Notes: generated by a model from the sequence alone, not told the origin. A stretch of 52,215 nt of DNA from an uncultured Bacteroidales bacterium (GCA_937872735.1 CALMUD010000108.1:1-52215), one strand, 5' to 3'; shown: positions 9,132 to 19,669, counted from the first letter of the stretch. Numbers and translations: made by a program.

Positions 9132-10127
9132 TTACTTAATGACTGCATCTTTCTTTTCGGCCAAACGTCTTTGCCGCTCCTCCTTGGCCACAACATCAGC
9201 CTTGTCATAGGCCTCAACGATGCGCTGCACCAATTTGTGACGGACAATATCCTTGACATCAAACTCTATTTTGGCGATACCCTTCACGCCATGCAAAACG
9301 CCAAGCGCATCCACCAGTCCAGACCGCTGCGTTGGAGGAAGATCTATTTGCGACATATCACCCGTCACCACCATCTTGCTGTTCATGCCCATACGGGTGA
9401 GAAACATTTTTATCTGGTTGGTTGTTGTATTTTGCGCTTCATCAAGAATGATAAAAGCATCTCCCAGCGTGCGCCCGCGCATAAACGCAAGCGGTGCTAT
9501 CTGAATGATGTTATCCTCAAGATATTCTTTCAACTTCATCACCGGAATCATATCCTCCAGTGCATCATACAACGGCTGCAAATAGGGGTCTATCTTCTCC
9601 TTCATATCTCCTGGCAAGAAACCCAATTTCTCACCAGCCTCCACTGCAGGACGACTGAGAATGATGCGGCGCACTTCTTTATTCTTCAATGCCTTGACAG
9701 CCAGAGCTATCGCCGTATAGGTTTTGCCACTACCTGCAGGCCCAATGGCAAACATCAAGTCATGCTTGTCATAAGCTTTCACCAAATCACGCTGCGAATG
9801 GGTACGGGCTATTATGGGTTTGCCGCTGACCCCATATATAATCAAATCATCGACCTCACTGGTCCCCGCTGGTGTTTTTCCCTTGATATAGTCCACTATA
9901 ACCTCCTCGGTCAGCGAATTATATTTGGTACAAAAGGACTCCAAACTATTAAGAACCTCTCCAAAAACGGAGATATCAGTTTCCTCTCCCATGGCCTTGA
10001 TGGCATTTCCCCTGGCCACTATTTTAATTTTTGGAAAAAGATTCTTGATAAGATGCAAATTTTCCTCATTTGTCCCATAAAAAATCACAGGATCAGCATG
10101 TTCTAAAAGGAATATTTTTTCTGTCAT
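9132..10127 (-). CDS. phoH: PhoH-family ATPase (PhoH/YbeZ-like)
   Basis: Walker A GPAGSGKTYTAIALAV, FIILDEAQN (Walker B) and the PhoH C-terminal core. 331 aa. Confidence 0.88.
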   Translation of the reverse strand: MTEKIFLLEHADPVIFYGTNEENLHLIKNLFPKIKIVARGNAIKAMGEETDISVFGEVLNSLESFCTKYNSLTEEVIVDYIKGKTPAGTSEVDDLIIYGVSGKPIIARTHSQRDLVKAYDKHDLMFAIGPAGSGKTYTAIALAVKALKNKEVRRIILSRPAVEAGEKLGFLPGDMKEKIDPYLQPLYDALEDMIPVMKLKEYLEDNIIQIAPLAFMRGRTLGDAFIILDEAQNTTTNQIKMFLTRMGMNSKMVVTGDMSQIDLPPTQRSGLVDALGVLHGVKGIAKIEFDVKDIVRHKLVQRIVEAYDKADVVAKEERQRRLAEKKDAVIK

Positions 10128-10207
10128 TTACGTTTTTAAGCGTCGTATGTACCCGGGTGCATCAATCCCGCGCTGACGACTTCATGTAGTTATTAATATC
10201 TATAATT

Positions 10208-11209
10208 TCAGTCTTGTTTCTTTTTGATTATCAACCGTTTTGAAGTAGACAACCAATCTTTTGATATTGTCACCAAATAAGAGCCTGTGGAATAAGGCGC
10301 AGTGCTGATAGTAATCATATTGTTGACCACCGCATACACTGCATGCGATAGTTCCTTGCCCGATTGAGAGCTGACAACCACTGTGACTGAATCATTTGCA
10401 GAGAAATGCTTGCCAAACTGAATAGAGAAACTGTACTGGGCTGGATTGGGAGAAACGTAAGCAGGAATGCTCCAATCAGCCTTGGCATTGTCCTGAACCT
10501 TTTTAAGAGTAAACGGACTGATTTCCTCCATATTCCAATTCCCGAAATCGTCTTGCGTACGGATATACAAAATATGGTTGCCATCATTCAAGTCGGAAGT
10601 TTCCAGCGGGAAAGCCACTGTATTGCCATCTATCTTTATCACATTTCCATTTCCCTCGCCTGGGTCATGGTCAAAAAAATATTCTGCCCGTTTTGCCGCT
10701 TCTGGCGATTTGAGATAAACAAAAGGTGATGAGATAGGGTCCGACCACGTTTTATCTGCATTCATTGCCCGGACATTCAGTATATGATAACCAGGGTCAA
10801 TGCCTGCAACCACCACATTAAGTTTGGCTGCATTCTGTTTTATGCTCTGGGCTGTATCACGCCCTGTCACCGCAGAGAAAACACCTTTTCCTTTACCTGG
10901 GTCCTGATCAAAGAAATATTCGGTACCTACAATATTATTCGATTTCTCAAAAAGGACAAACTGAAAAGTAATGGTATGCGACCATCCATAAACATTGTTG
11001 CCTCGAACATTCAAAGTGTGGAAACCTTGCTTTAGTTTAGACAAGTCAGCCTTGAAATCCTGTGTGCCATTTTCTGTAGTTCCTGCCACATAACCATGAC
11101 CGAAACCAGGGTCATGATCAAAAAAATACTCAGTCGTGATAGGATAATTCTGTGCACTGGCAGATAAAACTGACGCACAAGCTACCAATGTATATAAAAG
11201 TCTTTTCAT
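10208..11209 (-). CDS. Secreted protein with three FFDxDPGxGxG modules and a T9SS C-terminal sorting domain
   Basis: Signal peptide MKRLLYTLVACASVLSASAQ. Three modules of roughly 75-80 aa start at EYFFDHDPGFGHG, EYFFDQDPGKGKG and EYFFDHDPGEGNG, and each contains G.H.L.(V/I)R. The C-terminus resembles a Por secretion tail (SPNPAQYSFSIQF...GSYLVTI...KRLIIKK). Confidence 0.65.
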   Translation of the reverse strand: MKRLLYTLVACASVLSASAQNYPITTEYFFDHDPGFGHGYVAGTTENGTQDFKADLSKLKQGFHTLNVRGNNVYGWSHTITFQFVLFEKSNNIVGTEYFFDQDPGKGKGVFSAVTGRDTAQSIKQNAAKLNVVVAGIDPGYHILNVRAMNADKTWSDPISSPFVYLKSPEAAKRAEYFFDHDPGEGNGNVIKIDGNTVAFPLETSDLNDGNHILYIRTQDDFGNWNMEEISPFTLKKVQDNAKADWSIPAYVSPNPAQYSFSIQFGKHFSANDSVTVVVSSQSGKELSHAVYAVVNNMITISTAPYSTGSYLVTISKDWLSTSKRLIIKKKQD

Positions 11210-12168
11210 TATCTGTCTAATTTATAGGTTACTGTAACAGGAAGTCCCTGATATGAATTTACCGAAGTAGGACCCGTTATATTGGATATGACAGGAAAGT
11301 CAGGAAGACCGGATACCACATAAGGCATAGCCCCGCCAAATGCCCCAATAGGACCGCCATCGGAGCTTTGCGTGGACAGAGGGGCCCCCAGTTTTATGCG
11401 ATAATTGGCATCATGCGTAAAATCAGCCTGTTGCATGAATGGAGAGAAGTCTCCAACAAAATTATTGACAAATGCAGTCGTACTCAAGTTTTTACCTTTC
11501 GACTGATTCTCCATTATATTTTCCACTACGGTACAAAAACGCAAATCACGAACCGACCCAAAATGATTATATCTTCCAAATGTGTTGTGTTCAATACGGC
11601 TACGCTCAAAAGTTTCCACATCACCACAAATGATGTTATTATTCACCATCACATTATGTGGATAATTTTGTCCAACAATGTCTCCCACTATAAAACACCG
11701 TTCAATAACAGCCCCGTTCACACTGTCACGCACCTTGATGGCATTGCCCGACCCTGCCAGAATTTGGCAACGGTCCAATGTTATGTCATTGGCCTCTATA
11801 CGAACCTGAGCCATAATAATGCCAGAAATGGATGTATTGGGTGCTGACACATGTATCACTCCACCGATAAAAGATTCACCTGATGCAAATTCGGTCACCT
11901 TGTTGTCTGCCAAAAAGTAGCCAGGACCAACAATGGTTACAGGTTTATTGATATGGAGGTCATGATAGTCAAAGGCATCCCGCGTGCCATAAGCCTGCGA
12001 CGAAGGTTCCAGATATATGGTATCTCCTGCTGCTGCGTCTATCAGCGCATTCTCTATAGATGTGTAACCAGCCTCAATATTGGGAGTATTGTTCACTCTC
12101 AGGATTCGGGCCTGAATAGGGAGGCACAAACACAGAATCAAAGCGAATAAGCCATTTCTCTTTCTCAT
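11209..12168 (-). CDS. Secreted right-handed parallel beta-helix repeat protein (function unknown)
   Basis: Start taken at ATG 12168 (MRKRNGLFALILCLCLPIQA signal). Has the ILRVNN...IENALIDAAAGDTIYLEP opening typical of pectin-lyase-fold proteins, plus repeated short N/G/I-rich rungs. The stop overlaps the downstream ATG (TAATG). Confidence 0.5.
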   Translation of the reverse strand: MRKRNGLFALILCLCLPIQARILRVNNTPNIEAGYTSIENALIDAAAGDTIYLEPSSQAYGTRDAFDYHDLHINKPVTIVGPGYFLADNKVTEFASGESFIGGVIHVSAPNTSISGIIMAQVRIEANDITLDRCQILAGSGNAIKVRDSVNGAVIERCFIVGDIVGQNYPHNVMVNNNIICGDVETFERSRIEHNTFGRYNHFGSVRDLRFCTVVENIMENQSKGKNLSTTAFVNNFVGDFSPFMQQADFTHDANYRIKLGAPLSTQSSDGGPIGAFGGAMPYVVSGLPDFPVISNITGPTSVNSYQGLPVTVTYKLDR

Positions 12169-12324
12169 TTCTATTATCTTTTTTGTGTTTTGTCCGCTCC
12201 TATCCCGACAATGCAATCAAGGGAAACATAGGTTGAGAGCGAACCCAAAAAGTATTTTACAAATTTGTGCTTTTTTAATAAAAAAAACAAATTTTTATTT
12301 GCCTAAAATAAAAAAAACAGCAAA

Positions 12325-13746
12325 CTATATTTTTGCAGACTGCTTCCCTAAATCTGCGGGTTTTCCTCCGTTTTTCCAGTGCTTTTCTATATCCTCAAGG
12401 CTCATACCCTTGGTCTCTGGTAAAAACTTAATACCCCATACAAGACCAATAGCGGCAACGAGCGCAAATGAACAGAAGGCTCCAGCTGTACCCATATCGT
12501 CACTTCCAAGCAGGCTGGTAAAACCTTTTATCACCTTGAAGAAGGTCCAAACCACAATGGAATTGAACAACCAGTTGGACAAAGAACCTATGGAGGACCC
12601 CACGCCACGCACCTTCATAGGAAACACTTCAGTAATCAGGACCCATGCCAATGGGCCCATACTGACTGCAAAAAAAGCGATGTATAACAACATGGCCCCG
12701 ACAATAGCATAACGGCCAAAATCGCCAAGATGTGGCAGAAAGGCAAAGCAACCTGCTATCAACAAAAGAGAGACAAAAATACCGCCCATTCCCAAGAAGT
12801 AAAGCTTGCGACGCCCTAATTTATCAATAACAAACAGTGATAAAATAGTAAATATCACATTTATGACTCCGACTGATACCGATGCCATAATGGCAGCCTC
12901 GTTGCCCTCAAATCCAGCTTTCAGGAAAATGCTGGGTCCATAATAAATAATAGTGTTGATACCTACTGCCTGCTGAAACAGCATGATGCAGATAGCCAGC
13001 ATAAGTGGATAGACCATCCATTTTTGCCTGAATGTTTCACCAAACGACATCTGTTGGCTTGCTTCCAGTATATCTTTTTTCAATCGGGCCATTTCAGACT
13101 CCAGCACTGATGGATCTTCTGTCTTTTCCATTATATGACGAGATTCCGCCTCCCTACCCCTGCTAAGCAACCATCGGGGAGACTCTGGCAGAAAGAACAT
13201 ACCTATCAAAAGAATCAAGGCAGGAACGACACCGACATAGAACATAGGACGCCAGCTAGACACATTCTTGTTGTCTGCGAAAAAGCTATCGCTCAGAAAG
13301 GCAGCAAGCAATCCTACAGTAATCAGTAGCTGAAACATGGAAACAAGCGTACCCCTGATTTTTGCAGGTGAGATTTCGGCTATATACAAAGGTGTGGCAA
13401 ATGAGGCGATGCCGATAGCAAGTCCTAAATAGAAACGGGCAGCCAACAAACTGGCTATACTGGTTGCAAAACCGCACCACAGTGCTCCCGTCAAAAACAC
13501 GATAGCCGACACCAATATCACGTTTTTACGTCCTGCCTTATCGCTTACCCAGCCACTGACCAAAGCCCCCACCACTGCACCTATCAATCCCAGCGTGGTT
13601 ATGTTCTCTACCTGCGAATCATCCAATTTGAAATCCAGTTTCATGAATGGTATAGCGCCAGAAATGACACCGGTGTCAAAACCAAACAATAAACCGCCAG
13701 TAGCGGCTACTGCCGCCATGAACCACACAAAATTTTTATTATACAT
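12325..13746 (-). CDS. Sugar-porter family MFS transporter (XylE/GalP-like sugar:H+ symporter)
   Basis: Signatures GFDTGVISGA, GRKNV, PESPRWL and PETKG, with about 12 hydrophobic helices. Start moved to ATG 13746 (MYNKNF...); the ORF-track extension is an implausible leader. Confidence 0.85.
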   Translation of the reverse strand: MYNKNFVWFMAAVAATGGLLFGFDTGVISGAIPFMKLDFKLDDSQVENITTLGLIGAVVGALVSGWVSDKAGRKNVILVSAIVFLTGALWCGFATSIASLLAARFYLGLAIGIASFATPLYIAEISPAKIRGTLVSMFQLLITVGLLAAFLSDSFFADNKNVSSWRPMFYVGVVPALILLIGMFFLPESPRWLLSRGREAESRHIMEKTEDPSVLESEMARLKKDILEASQQMSFGETFRQKWMVYPLMLAICIMLFQQAVGINTIIYYGPSIFLKAGFEGNEAAIMASVSVGVINVIFTILSLFVIDKLGRRKLYFLGMGGIFVSLLLIAGCFAFLPHLGDFGRYAIVGAMLLYIAFFAVSMGPLAWVLITEVFPMKVRGVGSSIGSLSNWLFNSIVVWTFFKVIKGFTSLLGSDDMGTAGAFCSFALVAAIGLVWGIKFLPETKGMSLEDIEKHWKNGGKPADLGKQSAKI

Positions 13747-13869
13747 AGTTGTTCTTTTTTGGTGTGTCTCTATCAATATCGTCAGACAAGATAAAAAGCA
13801 CTGTATTTTTCTTCTCAAATATAGGAATAAAAAGGGAAATGACAAATGCAGGAACTATGAATTTATAGT

Positions 13870-14919
13870 TCAATCATCGTAGGTCCATTTATTTGCCTGT
13901 CGGCAATATCTGAGATGGTCGCCTGACAGCAGCAACTGTGACGGCATATTATTGGTAAACAAGTCTCCTGTTCCAAGACCTTGAGGCAATGGATTATTTT
14001 TCAGATAAGTCCACTGCGCCAAAGCATTCAAGCCAACATTAGACTCTAACGCTGATGTAATCCACCAGCCCAGATGGTTGGATTCAGCCAGGTCTATCCA
14101 TTCCTGCGCGCCAAAGAATCCGCCATGAAGGCTCGGCTTCAAGACCAAGAACTGGGGATGAATACGCTCTATCAGATTCTTTTTGTCCTCCTTTGCAAAA
14201 ACGCCAATCAAATCCTCATCAAGGGCGATAGGGACAGGGGTATTGGCACACAGATAGGCCATTTGTTCCCATTGTCCAGCCTTTATGGGTTGTTCAATGG
14301 AATGGATATCCAGTTTGGAAAGTTGTTCCAGTTTTGGCAAAGCCTCTTCATCGGAGAAGCCTCCATTGGCATCAACCCTCAGGGTAACATCACGCGCCGA
14401 AAATCTTTGGCGTATTGACTTCAACAACATCAGCTCATCTTCAAAATTGATGGCTCCTATTTTCAGTTTTATGCATGTAAATCCATTACGCAACTTGTTT
14501 TCTATTCTTTGCGCCATTTCATCCTTGCTCCCCATCCATACCAATCCATTAATTTGGATTTCTCCTTTTCCGTCGGTAAAATCCGACTTGAAAGGTTGTT
14601 GTTTCCCTCCATTCAGGAGGTCGGCCAATGCTGTTTCTATGCCCATCACAATAGATGGGTAAGAACGAAAACGTTCCTGAAAGTCAGGCTCATATCCATC
14701 AAAATTCCAGCACGCATCGGCCAGCACTTTTTCATAGTCTGGCTTATCCTCGGCACTAAGTCCACGAAACAAAGCACACTCCCCTATACCGACACGGTCC
14801 GGGTGATCTTCATCGAAAATATGAATAAAAAAAGTTTCTTTCCGTGTCAATATTCCACGAGAGGTACCACTGGGCTCTTTAAAGTCCAAAAAATAGCGTG
14901 TATATGAAGCTCTTAACAT
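13870..14919 (-). CDS. menC: o-Succinylbenzoate synthase (enolase superfamily)
   Basis: 349 aa with an enolase-superfamily barrel pattern (IKLKIG, LRVDANGGF, IEQP, ALDEDL). Lies directly downstream of menB. Confidence 0.75.
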   Translation of the reverse strand: MLRASYTRYFLDFKEPSGTSRGILTRKETFFIHIFDEDHPDRVGIGECALFRGLSAEDKPDYEKVLADACWNFDGYEPDFQERFRSYPSIVMGIETALADLLNGGKQQPFKSDFTDGKGEIQINGLVWMGSKDEMAQRIENKLRNGFTCIKLKIGAINFEDELMLLKSIRQRFSARDVTLRVDANGGFSDEEALPKLEQLSKLDIHSIEQPIKAGQWEQMAYLCANTPVPIALDEDLIGVFAKEDKKNLIERIHPQFLVLKPSLHGGFFGAQEWIDLAESNHLGWWITSALESNVGLNALAQWTYLKNNPLPQGLGTGDLFTNNMPSQLLLSGDHLRYCRQANKWTYDD

Positions 14920-14944
14920 AAGATATCGAATAAAAAAAATAAAA

Positions 14945-15763
14945 TTACGGAAACTTAGGGAACTTGCTGAAATCGGGTTTCCGTTTTTCCAGAAAGGCCT
15001 CTTTGCCTTCTTGGCTCTCGTCCATCATATAATACATGAGGGTGGCATCTCCAGCAAATTCCATGATACCTTCTTGTCCATCCAGTTCAGCATTAAGTCC
15101 GCGCTTAATCATACGCAAAGCCATAGGGCTACGCTGCAAAATGATCTTGCACCACTCCACTGTCTCATCTTCCAGTTGGTCCAATGGCACTACCTTATTG
15201 ACAAGTCCCATCCGTTCGGCCTCATGGGCATCATATTGACGACAAAGGAACCAGATTTCCCTAGCCTTCTTTTGTCCCACGCATCTGGCCAGATAGGAGG
15301 CTCCGAAACCAGCATCAAAACTCCCTACTTTCGGACCAGTCTGGCCGAAAATGGCATTTTCTGAAGCTATGGTCAAATCACATACCAGATGCAATACATG
15401 GCCACCACCTATGGCAAAACCATTGACCATAGCTATGACTGGCTTGGGCAAGGAACGTATGGCCTTGTACAAATCCAGCACGTTGAGCCTAGGAACGCCA
15501 TCCGCCCCCACATATCCACCTCTGCTTTTGTAGTGCTGGTCACCCCCCGAACAGAAAGCTTTGTCGCCCTCTCCTGTGAAGACGACCACGCCAATTTCTG
15601 GCCGCTCTCTACAAATCTGGATAGCATCCAACATCTCAAAGTTAGTCTGCGGACGAAAGGCATTACGCACCTCCTCTCTGCAAATGGTTATTTTGGCAAT
15701 CCCCTCAAAAAACTCAAACCTTATATCCTGATATTTTTTTATCTCGGTCCAATTTCGATTCAT
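14945..15763 (-). CDS. menB: 1,4-dihydroxy-2-naphthoyl-CoA synthase
   Basis: 272 aa with a crotonase fold ([26 protein letters not shown]) and a typical MenB C-terminus. Confidence 0.88.
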   Translation of the reverse strand: MNRNWTEIKKYQDIRFEFFEGIAKITICREEVRNAFRPQTNFEMLDAIQICRERPEIGVVVFTGEGDKAFCSGGDQHYKSRGGYVGADGVPRLNVLDLYKAIRSLPKPVIAMVNGFAIGGGHVLHLVCDLTIASENAIFGQTGPKVGSFDAGFGASYLARCVGQKKAREIWFLCRQYDAHEAERMGLVNKVVPLDQLEDETVEWCKIILQRSPMALRMIKRGLNAELDGQEGIMEFAGDATLMYYMMDESQEGKEAFLEKRKPDFSKFPKFP

Positions 15764-15882
15764 ATTTTTTATTTTCTTTAATTATGTCAAATGCGTTGAT
15801 ATTAAAACAATAAAGAGGAAGATAAAAAACTGTAACTGATTGATTCGGCAACAGAACTCCGCCTCAACAATAACAAACAAAA

Positions 15883-15906
15883 AAGTCCGCAAATTTTCAC
15901 GGACTT
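15883..15906 (-). terminator. Intrinsic terminator after the bactofilin gene
   Basis: Stem aagtccg/cggactt (7 bp, 10-nt loop), followed on the minus strand by ttttttgtttg. Confidence 0.5.
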
Positions 15907-15938
15907 ATACTTATAAAAGAACTTTTGACGATGCAAAA

Positions 15939-16316
15939 TCATTTTGCACCAACAGTCTCAGTACGATTCATGGTGCAATTTCCATTGAACGAAGCTCCCA
16001 TCTCTATCGTAATGGAAAGGCAATGCAAATCACCCGAAAGAGACGCGGACTTGCGGACAAGCAGTTCTCCTTTGACTGATACATTGCCCGTCACCGAACC
16101 GGAGACATCAGCAGCGGCGCAAGTCAGATTGCCTACAATGTTACCTTTCTCGCCAATAACGACCCGTCCCTTGCTGGTAACAGGACCATTCACAGTACCA
16201 TCGATTCGGATATTTGAATCCGTATTGATTTCGCCCTGGACAGAAGTGCCAACAGACAATGTACAATAATCAGCTCCAGTGACTGGAGTTTCTGTTTTAG
16301 ATGATATGATACCCAT
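15939..16316 (-). CDS. Bactofilin-family polymer-forming protein (DUF583)
   Basis: 125 aa with repetitive beta-helix rungs: I.GDV.S...I.I.G.V.G.V pattern (IRIDGTVNGPVTSKGRVVIGEKGNIVGNL...VTGNVSVKGELLV). Confidence 0.75.
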   Translation of the reverse strand: MGIISSKTETPVTGADYCTLSVGTSVQGEINTDSNIRIDGTVNGPVTSKGRVVIGEKGNIVGNLTCAAADVSGSVTGNVSVKGELLVRKSASLSGDLHCLSITIEMGASFNGNCTMNRTETVGAK

Positions 16317-16343
16317 AAATACGATATAAGGGGGAAATTATGA

Positions 16344-17366
16344 TCAATGAGCAGCCTTAAACTCGTCAAGGAAACGCTGGTCGTTTTCCGAGAACATTCG
16401 CAAATCCTTCACCTTATATTTAAGGTTAGTGATGCGCTCAATTCCCATACCGAAGGCATATCCCGAATAGACCTTGCTATCAATACCGCAATTTTCAAGC
16501 ACATTAGGGTCAACCATGCCGCAACCCAAAATTTCCACCCAGCCAGAACCCTTACAAAATGAGCAACCTTTGCCACCACACAGGTCACAAGAAATATCCA
16601 TTTCGGCAGAAGGTTCTGTAAATGGAAAATACGAAGGACGGAGGCGAATTTTAGTTTCCTCTCCAAACATTTCCTTGGCAAAATACAAAAGGGCCTGCTT
16701 TAAATCGGCAAACGATATATTCTTGTCTATATACAAGCCCTCCACCTGATGGAAAAAGCAATGGGCTCGGGCCGAAATGGCCTCGTTACGATAAACCCTG
16801 CCTGGACATAAAACTCGTATTGGAGGCTTTTGACTGGTCATGACGCGGGTCTGCACACAAGAGGTATGTGTGCGCAGCAATACATCAGGGTCACGAGTGA
16901 CAAAAAATGTATCCTGCATATCGCGGGCTGGATGCTCTGGTGGAAAATTGAGTGATGAAAAAACGTGCCAATCATCTTCCACCTCTGGACCTTCGGCCAA
17001 AGTGAAGCCCAAACGAGAGAAAATATCTACAATCTCATTGCGCACTAATGATATTGGATGACGGGTTCCAAGCGCTATCGGATCGGGTGTACGCGTCAAA
17101 TCCATATCGGAGCTGGTGTCCGTCTTGCTGGTGAACGAATCCTTCAACGCATTGATTTTATCCTGCGCTTTGGTCTTCAGTTCATTCAGTTTCAGACCCA
17201 ACTCTTTTTTCTGCTCTGCCGGTACCTCTCGAAAATCGTTGAAAAGGGATGTTATCTCACCCTTTTTGCTTAAATATTTGATACGCAAGGCCTCTATCTG
17301 CTCACTATTCTCAGCGGATATTTTCTCGACCTCATCCAAAAGTTGCTTGATACGTTCTTGTAACAT
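16344..17366 (-). CDS. pheS: Phenylalanine--tRNA ligase alpha subunit
   Basis: 340 aa with an N-terminal coiled coil and class II aaRS motifs (HPARDMQDTF, RTHTS, FRNE-like YRNEAISARAH, GMGIERI). Confidence 0.92.
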   Translation of the reverse strand: MLQERIKQLLDEVEKISAENSEQIEALRIKYLSKKGEITSLFNDFREVPAEQKKELGLKLNELKTKAQDKINALKDSFTSKTDTSSDMDLTRTPDPIALGTRHPISLVRNEIVDIFSRLGFTLAEGPEVEDDWHVFSSLNFPPEHPARDMQDTFFVTRDPDVLLRTHTSCVQTRVMTSQKPPIRVLCPGRVYRNEAISARAHCFFHQVEGLYIDKNISFADLKQALLYFAKEMFGEETKIRLRPSYFPFTEPSAEMDISCDLCGGKGCSFCKGSGWVEILGCGMVDPNVLENCGIDSKVYSGYAFGMGIERITNLKYKVKDLRMFSENDQRFLDEFKAAH

Positions 17367-17423
17367 CTCTGTTTGCTTGTTTTAGATGGCATTGCCTTTA
17401 AGGCTTAATGCCTATACGAAACG

Positions 17424-17431
17424 CAAATTTA
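17424..17431 (-). promoter_or_regulatory. Candidate -7 element (TAAATTTG on minus) for pheS
   Basis: Plus-strand caaattta lies about 58 nt upstream of ATG 17366. Motif match only. Confidence 0.3.
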
Positions 17432-17533
17432 GCAAATTAATATCAAAAGAGAAAACAGGAAAGAGAAAATGACATTTACCTGGGATTTTTAAACACAAAA
17501 AACTCCCATACAAAAGTCTGGAAATTTTTCTTT

Positions 17534-19669
17534 TTATTTTTTCTGAAGGTCTTTCATCGTCAATTGTATTCTGCTGCGTTCATGATCCACATTCAGCACT
17601 TTCACTTCCACATGTTGATGTAAAGACAATACTTCCAAGGGATTAGTCACATAATGATCGGACATTTGCGAAACATGGACCAATCCGTCCTGATGAACTC
17701 CCACATCGACGAAGGCCCCAAAATTGGTAATATTGGTAACAATGCCAGGCAACAATTGTCCCTCGTGCAAATCGTCAATTGTGTGCACCGTAGGGTCAAA
17801 GGAGAAAGTCTCAATATGCTGCCGTGGGTCACGCCCTGGTTTTTCCAGTTCTGCCTTTATATCCTTGAGGGTAGGCATGCCAACCGAATCCGTGACATAT
17901 TTAGCCAAATCTATGCTGTCTCTCAGTTGTTTTTGGGCAATAAGGTCATCCACCGAACAATGAAGATGAGCTGCCATTGACTCCACCACAGCATATCTTT
18001 CAGGATGCACCGCCGAATTATCCAAAGGATTGGCGGCATCAGGAATGCGAAGGAATCCGGCACACTGCTCATAGGCTTTCTCTCCAAGACGGGATACTCT
18101 TTTCAGTTCCTTTCTGGATTTGAACGGACCATTTTCTGCCCGATAATCAACTATATTCTGCGCCAGTTGCGGACCCAATCCCGATACATAGGTAAGCAAA
18201 TGCTTGCTGGCTGTATTCAGATTGACCCCTACCATATTTACGCTGTTGATAACGGTCTGGTCCAGCGATTTTTTTAGTTTGGTCTGGTCCACATCATGCT
18301 GATACTGCCCCACCCCAATCGATTTGGGATCTATCTTAACCAATTCAGCCAAAGGATCCATCAGACGTCGGCCTATTGATACAGCGCCTCTCACTGTCAC
18401 ATCCTCCTTCGGAAATTCCTCACGGGCAATAGCAGAAGCCGAATAGACAGACGCTCCATTTTCACTCACTACAAATATCTGCACTGGATGAGAAAAAGAA
18501 ATGGATTGTACCAATTGTTCCGTCTCCCGTCCCGCAGTTCCGTTTCCTATAGATATGGCCTCAATCTGGAATTTGTCCACCAGACGGGAAAGGGTTGACG
18601 CGGCTTCGGTAGCCTTACACTGAGGAGCATGAGGAAAAATTGCTTCAAAATGAAGTAAAGTTCCTTGAGCGTCAAGACAGACCACCTTACATCCGGTACG
18701 GAATCCGGGATCTATAGCCATTACACGCTTCTGCCCCAATGGAGGAGCCAATAACAGTTGCTTCAGGTTCTCAGCAAACACGCGGATAGCCTCCTCGTCG
18801 GCCAATTGTTTGCTACTGCCGGCAAACTCTGTCTCAATGGCAGGTTTTATCAGTCGTTTATAACCATCGAGTACAGCTTCTTCCACCAATTTGGAAGACT
18901 CAGACTGGCCTTTGACAAAAATTCGGGACAATCCCTCCTCAATATTTTTGTCATCTTCCGGGGCTATAGATACCCGCAATATACCTTCCGCTTCCCCCCT
19001 GCGCATAGCCAACAGACGATGAGAAGAACACTTGCGCAATGGTTCGCTAAAATCAAAATAATCACTGAATTTTGCCGAATCGGGCGCTTTTTCTTTCCCC
19101 TTGACTACACGACTGACAATAACCGCCTCCCGAGAAAAGACCCGTCTTACCTTATCACGCGCACCTTCCTGTTCACTCACCCATTCGGCTATGATATCCT
19201 GGGCTCCTTTTATGGCATCTTCGGCCGACTTCACCTCTCCTTTTACATAAGCTGATACTACCGATGACAATTTTCCATCTATCTGCATCATCAGTCGTTT
19301 AGCCAAAGGTTCCAAACCTTTCTGCCGAGCCACTTCAGCCCGTGTTTTACGTTTGGGTTTATAGGGCAAATACAAATCTTCCAACTCTGTTGCCGACCAT
19401 GAATTCTCTATTTTCTTTTGGAGATCTGGCGTCAATTTGCCTTCTTCCCCGATAGAAGATAATATAAATTCCTTTCGCTTTTGCAAAGTGGAAAGTTTGT
19501 CATACTGTTCTTCTATATTTTGTATTTGCACCTCATCAAGCGAACCAGTCATCTCTTTGCGGTAACGACTTATAAAAGGTATAGTAGAACCCTCTGATAA
19601 CAATTTCAACGTATTAGATACTTGTTTTTCTCCAATATTCAGCGATTTTGCAATAAAAGACTCGAACAT
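17534..19669 (-). CDS. tex: Tex-like transcription accessory protein with S1 RNA-binding domain
   Basis: 711 aa with Tex architecture: an N-terminal HTH-like region (IPFISRYRKE), a YqgF/RuvX-like core (MAIDPGFRTGCK), an HhH region, and a C-terminal S1 domain (GIVTNITNFGAFVDVG). Confidence 0.9.
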   Translation of the reverse strand: MFESFIAKSLNIGEKQVSNTLKLLSEGSTIPFISRYRKEMTGSLDEVQIQNIEEQYDKLSTLQKRKEFILSSIGEEGKLTPDLQKKIENSWSATELEDLYLPYKPKRKTRAEVARQKGLEPLAKRLMMQIDGKLSSVVSAYVKGEVKSAEDAIKGAQDIIAEWVSEQEGARDKVRRVFSREAVIVSRVVKGKEKAPDSAKFSDYFDFSEPLRKCSSHRLLAMRRGEAEGILRVSIAPEDDKNIEEGLSRIFVKGQSESSKLVEEAVLDGYKRLIKPAIETEFAGSSKQLADEEAIRVFAENLKQLLLAPPLGQKRVMAIDPGFRTGCKVVCLDAQGTLLHFEAIFPHAPQCKATEAASTLSRLVDKFQIEAISIGNGTAGRETEQLVQSISFSHPVQIFVVSENGASVYSASAIAREEFPKEDVTVRGAVSIGRRLMDPLAELVKIDPKSIGVGQYQHDVDQTKLKKSLDQTVINSVNMVGVNLNTASKHLLTYVSGLGPQLAQNIVDYRAENGPFKSRKELKRVSRLGEKAYEQCAGFLRIPDAANPLDNSAVHPERYAVVESMAAHLHCSVDDLIAQKQLRDSIDLAKYVTDSVGMPTLKDIKAELEKPGRDPRQHIETFSFDPTVHTIDDLHEGQLLPGIVTNITNFGAFVDVGVHQDGLVHVSQMSDHYVTNPLEVLSLHQHVEVKVLNVDHERSRIQLTMKDLQKK

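Noticed and set aside
9171-10106. 311-aa stop-free ORF on the + strand, entirely antisense to phoH.
   Set aside because: The minus-strand frame encodes a textbook PhoH with Walker motifs. The antisense product is low-complexity-like with no motifs. Long antisense ORFs of this kind arise from codon bias.
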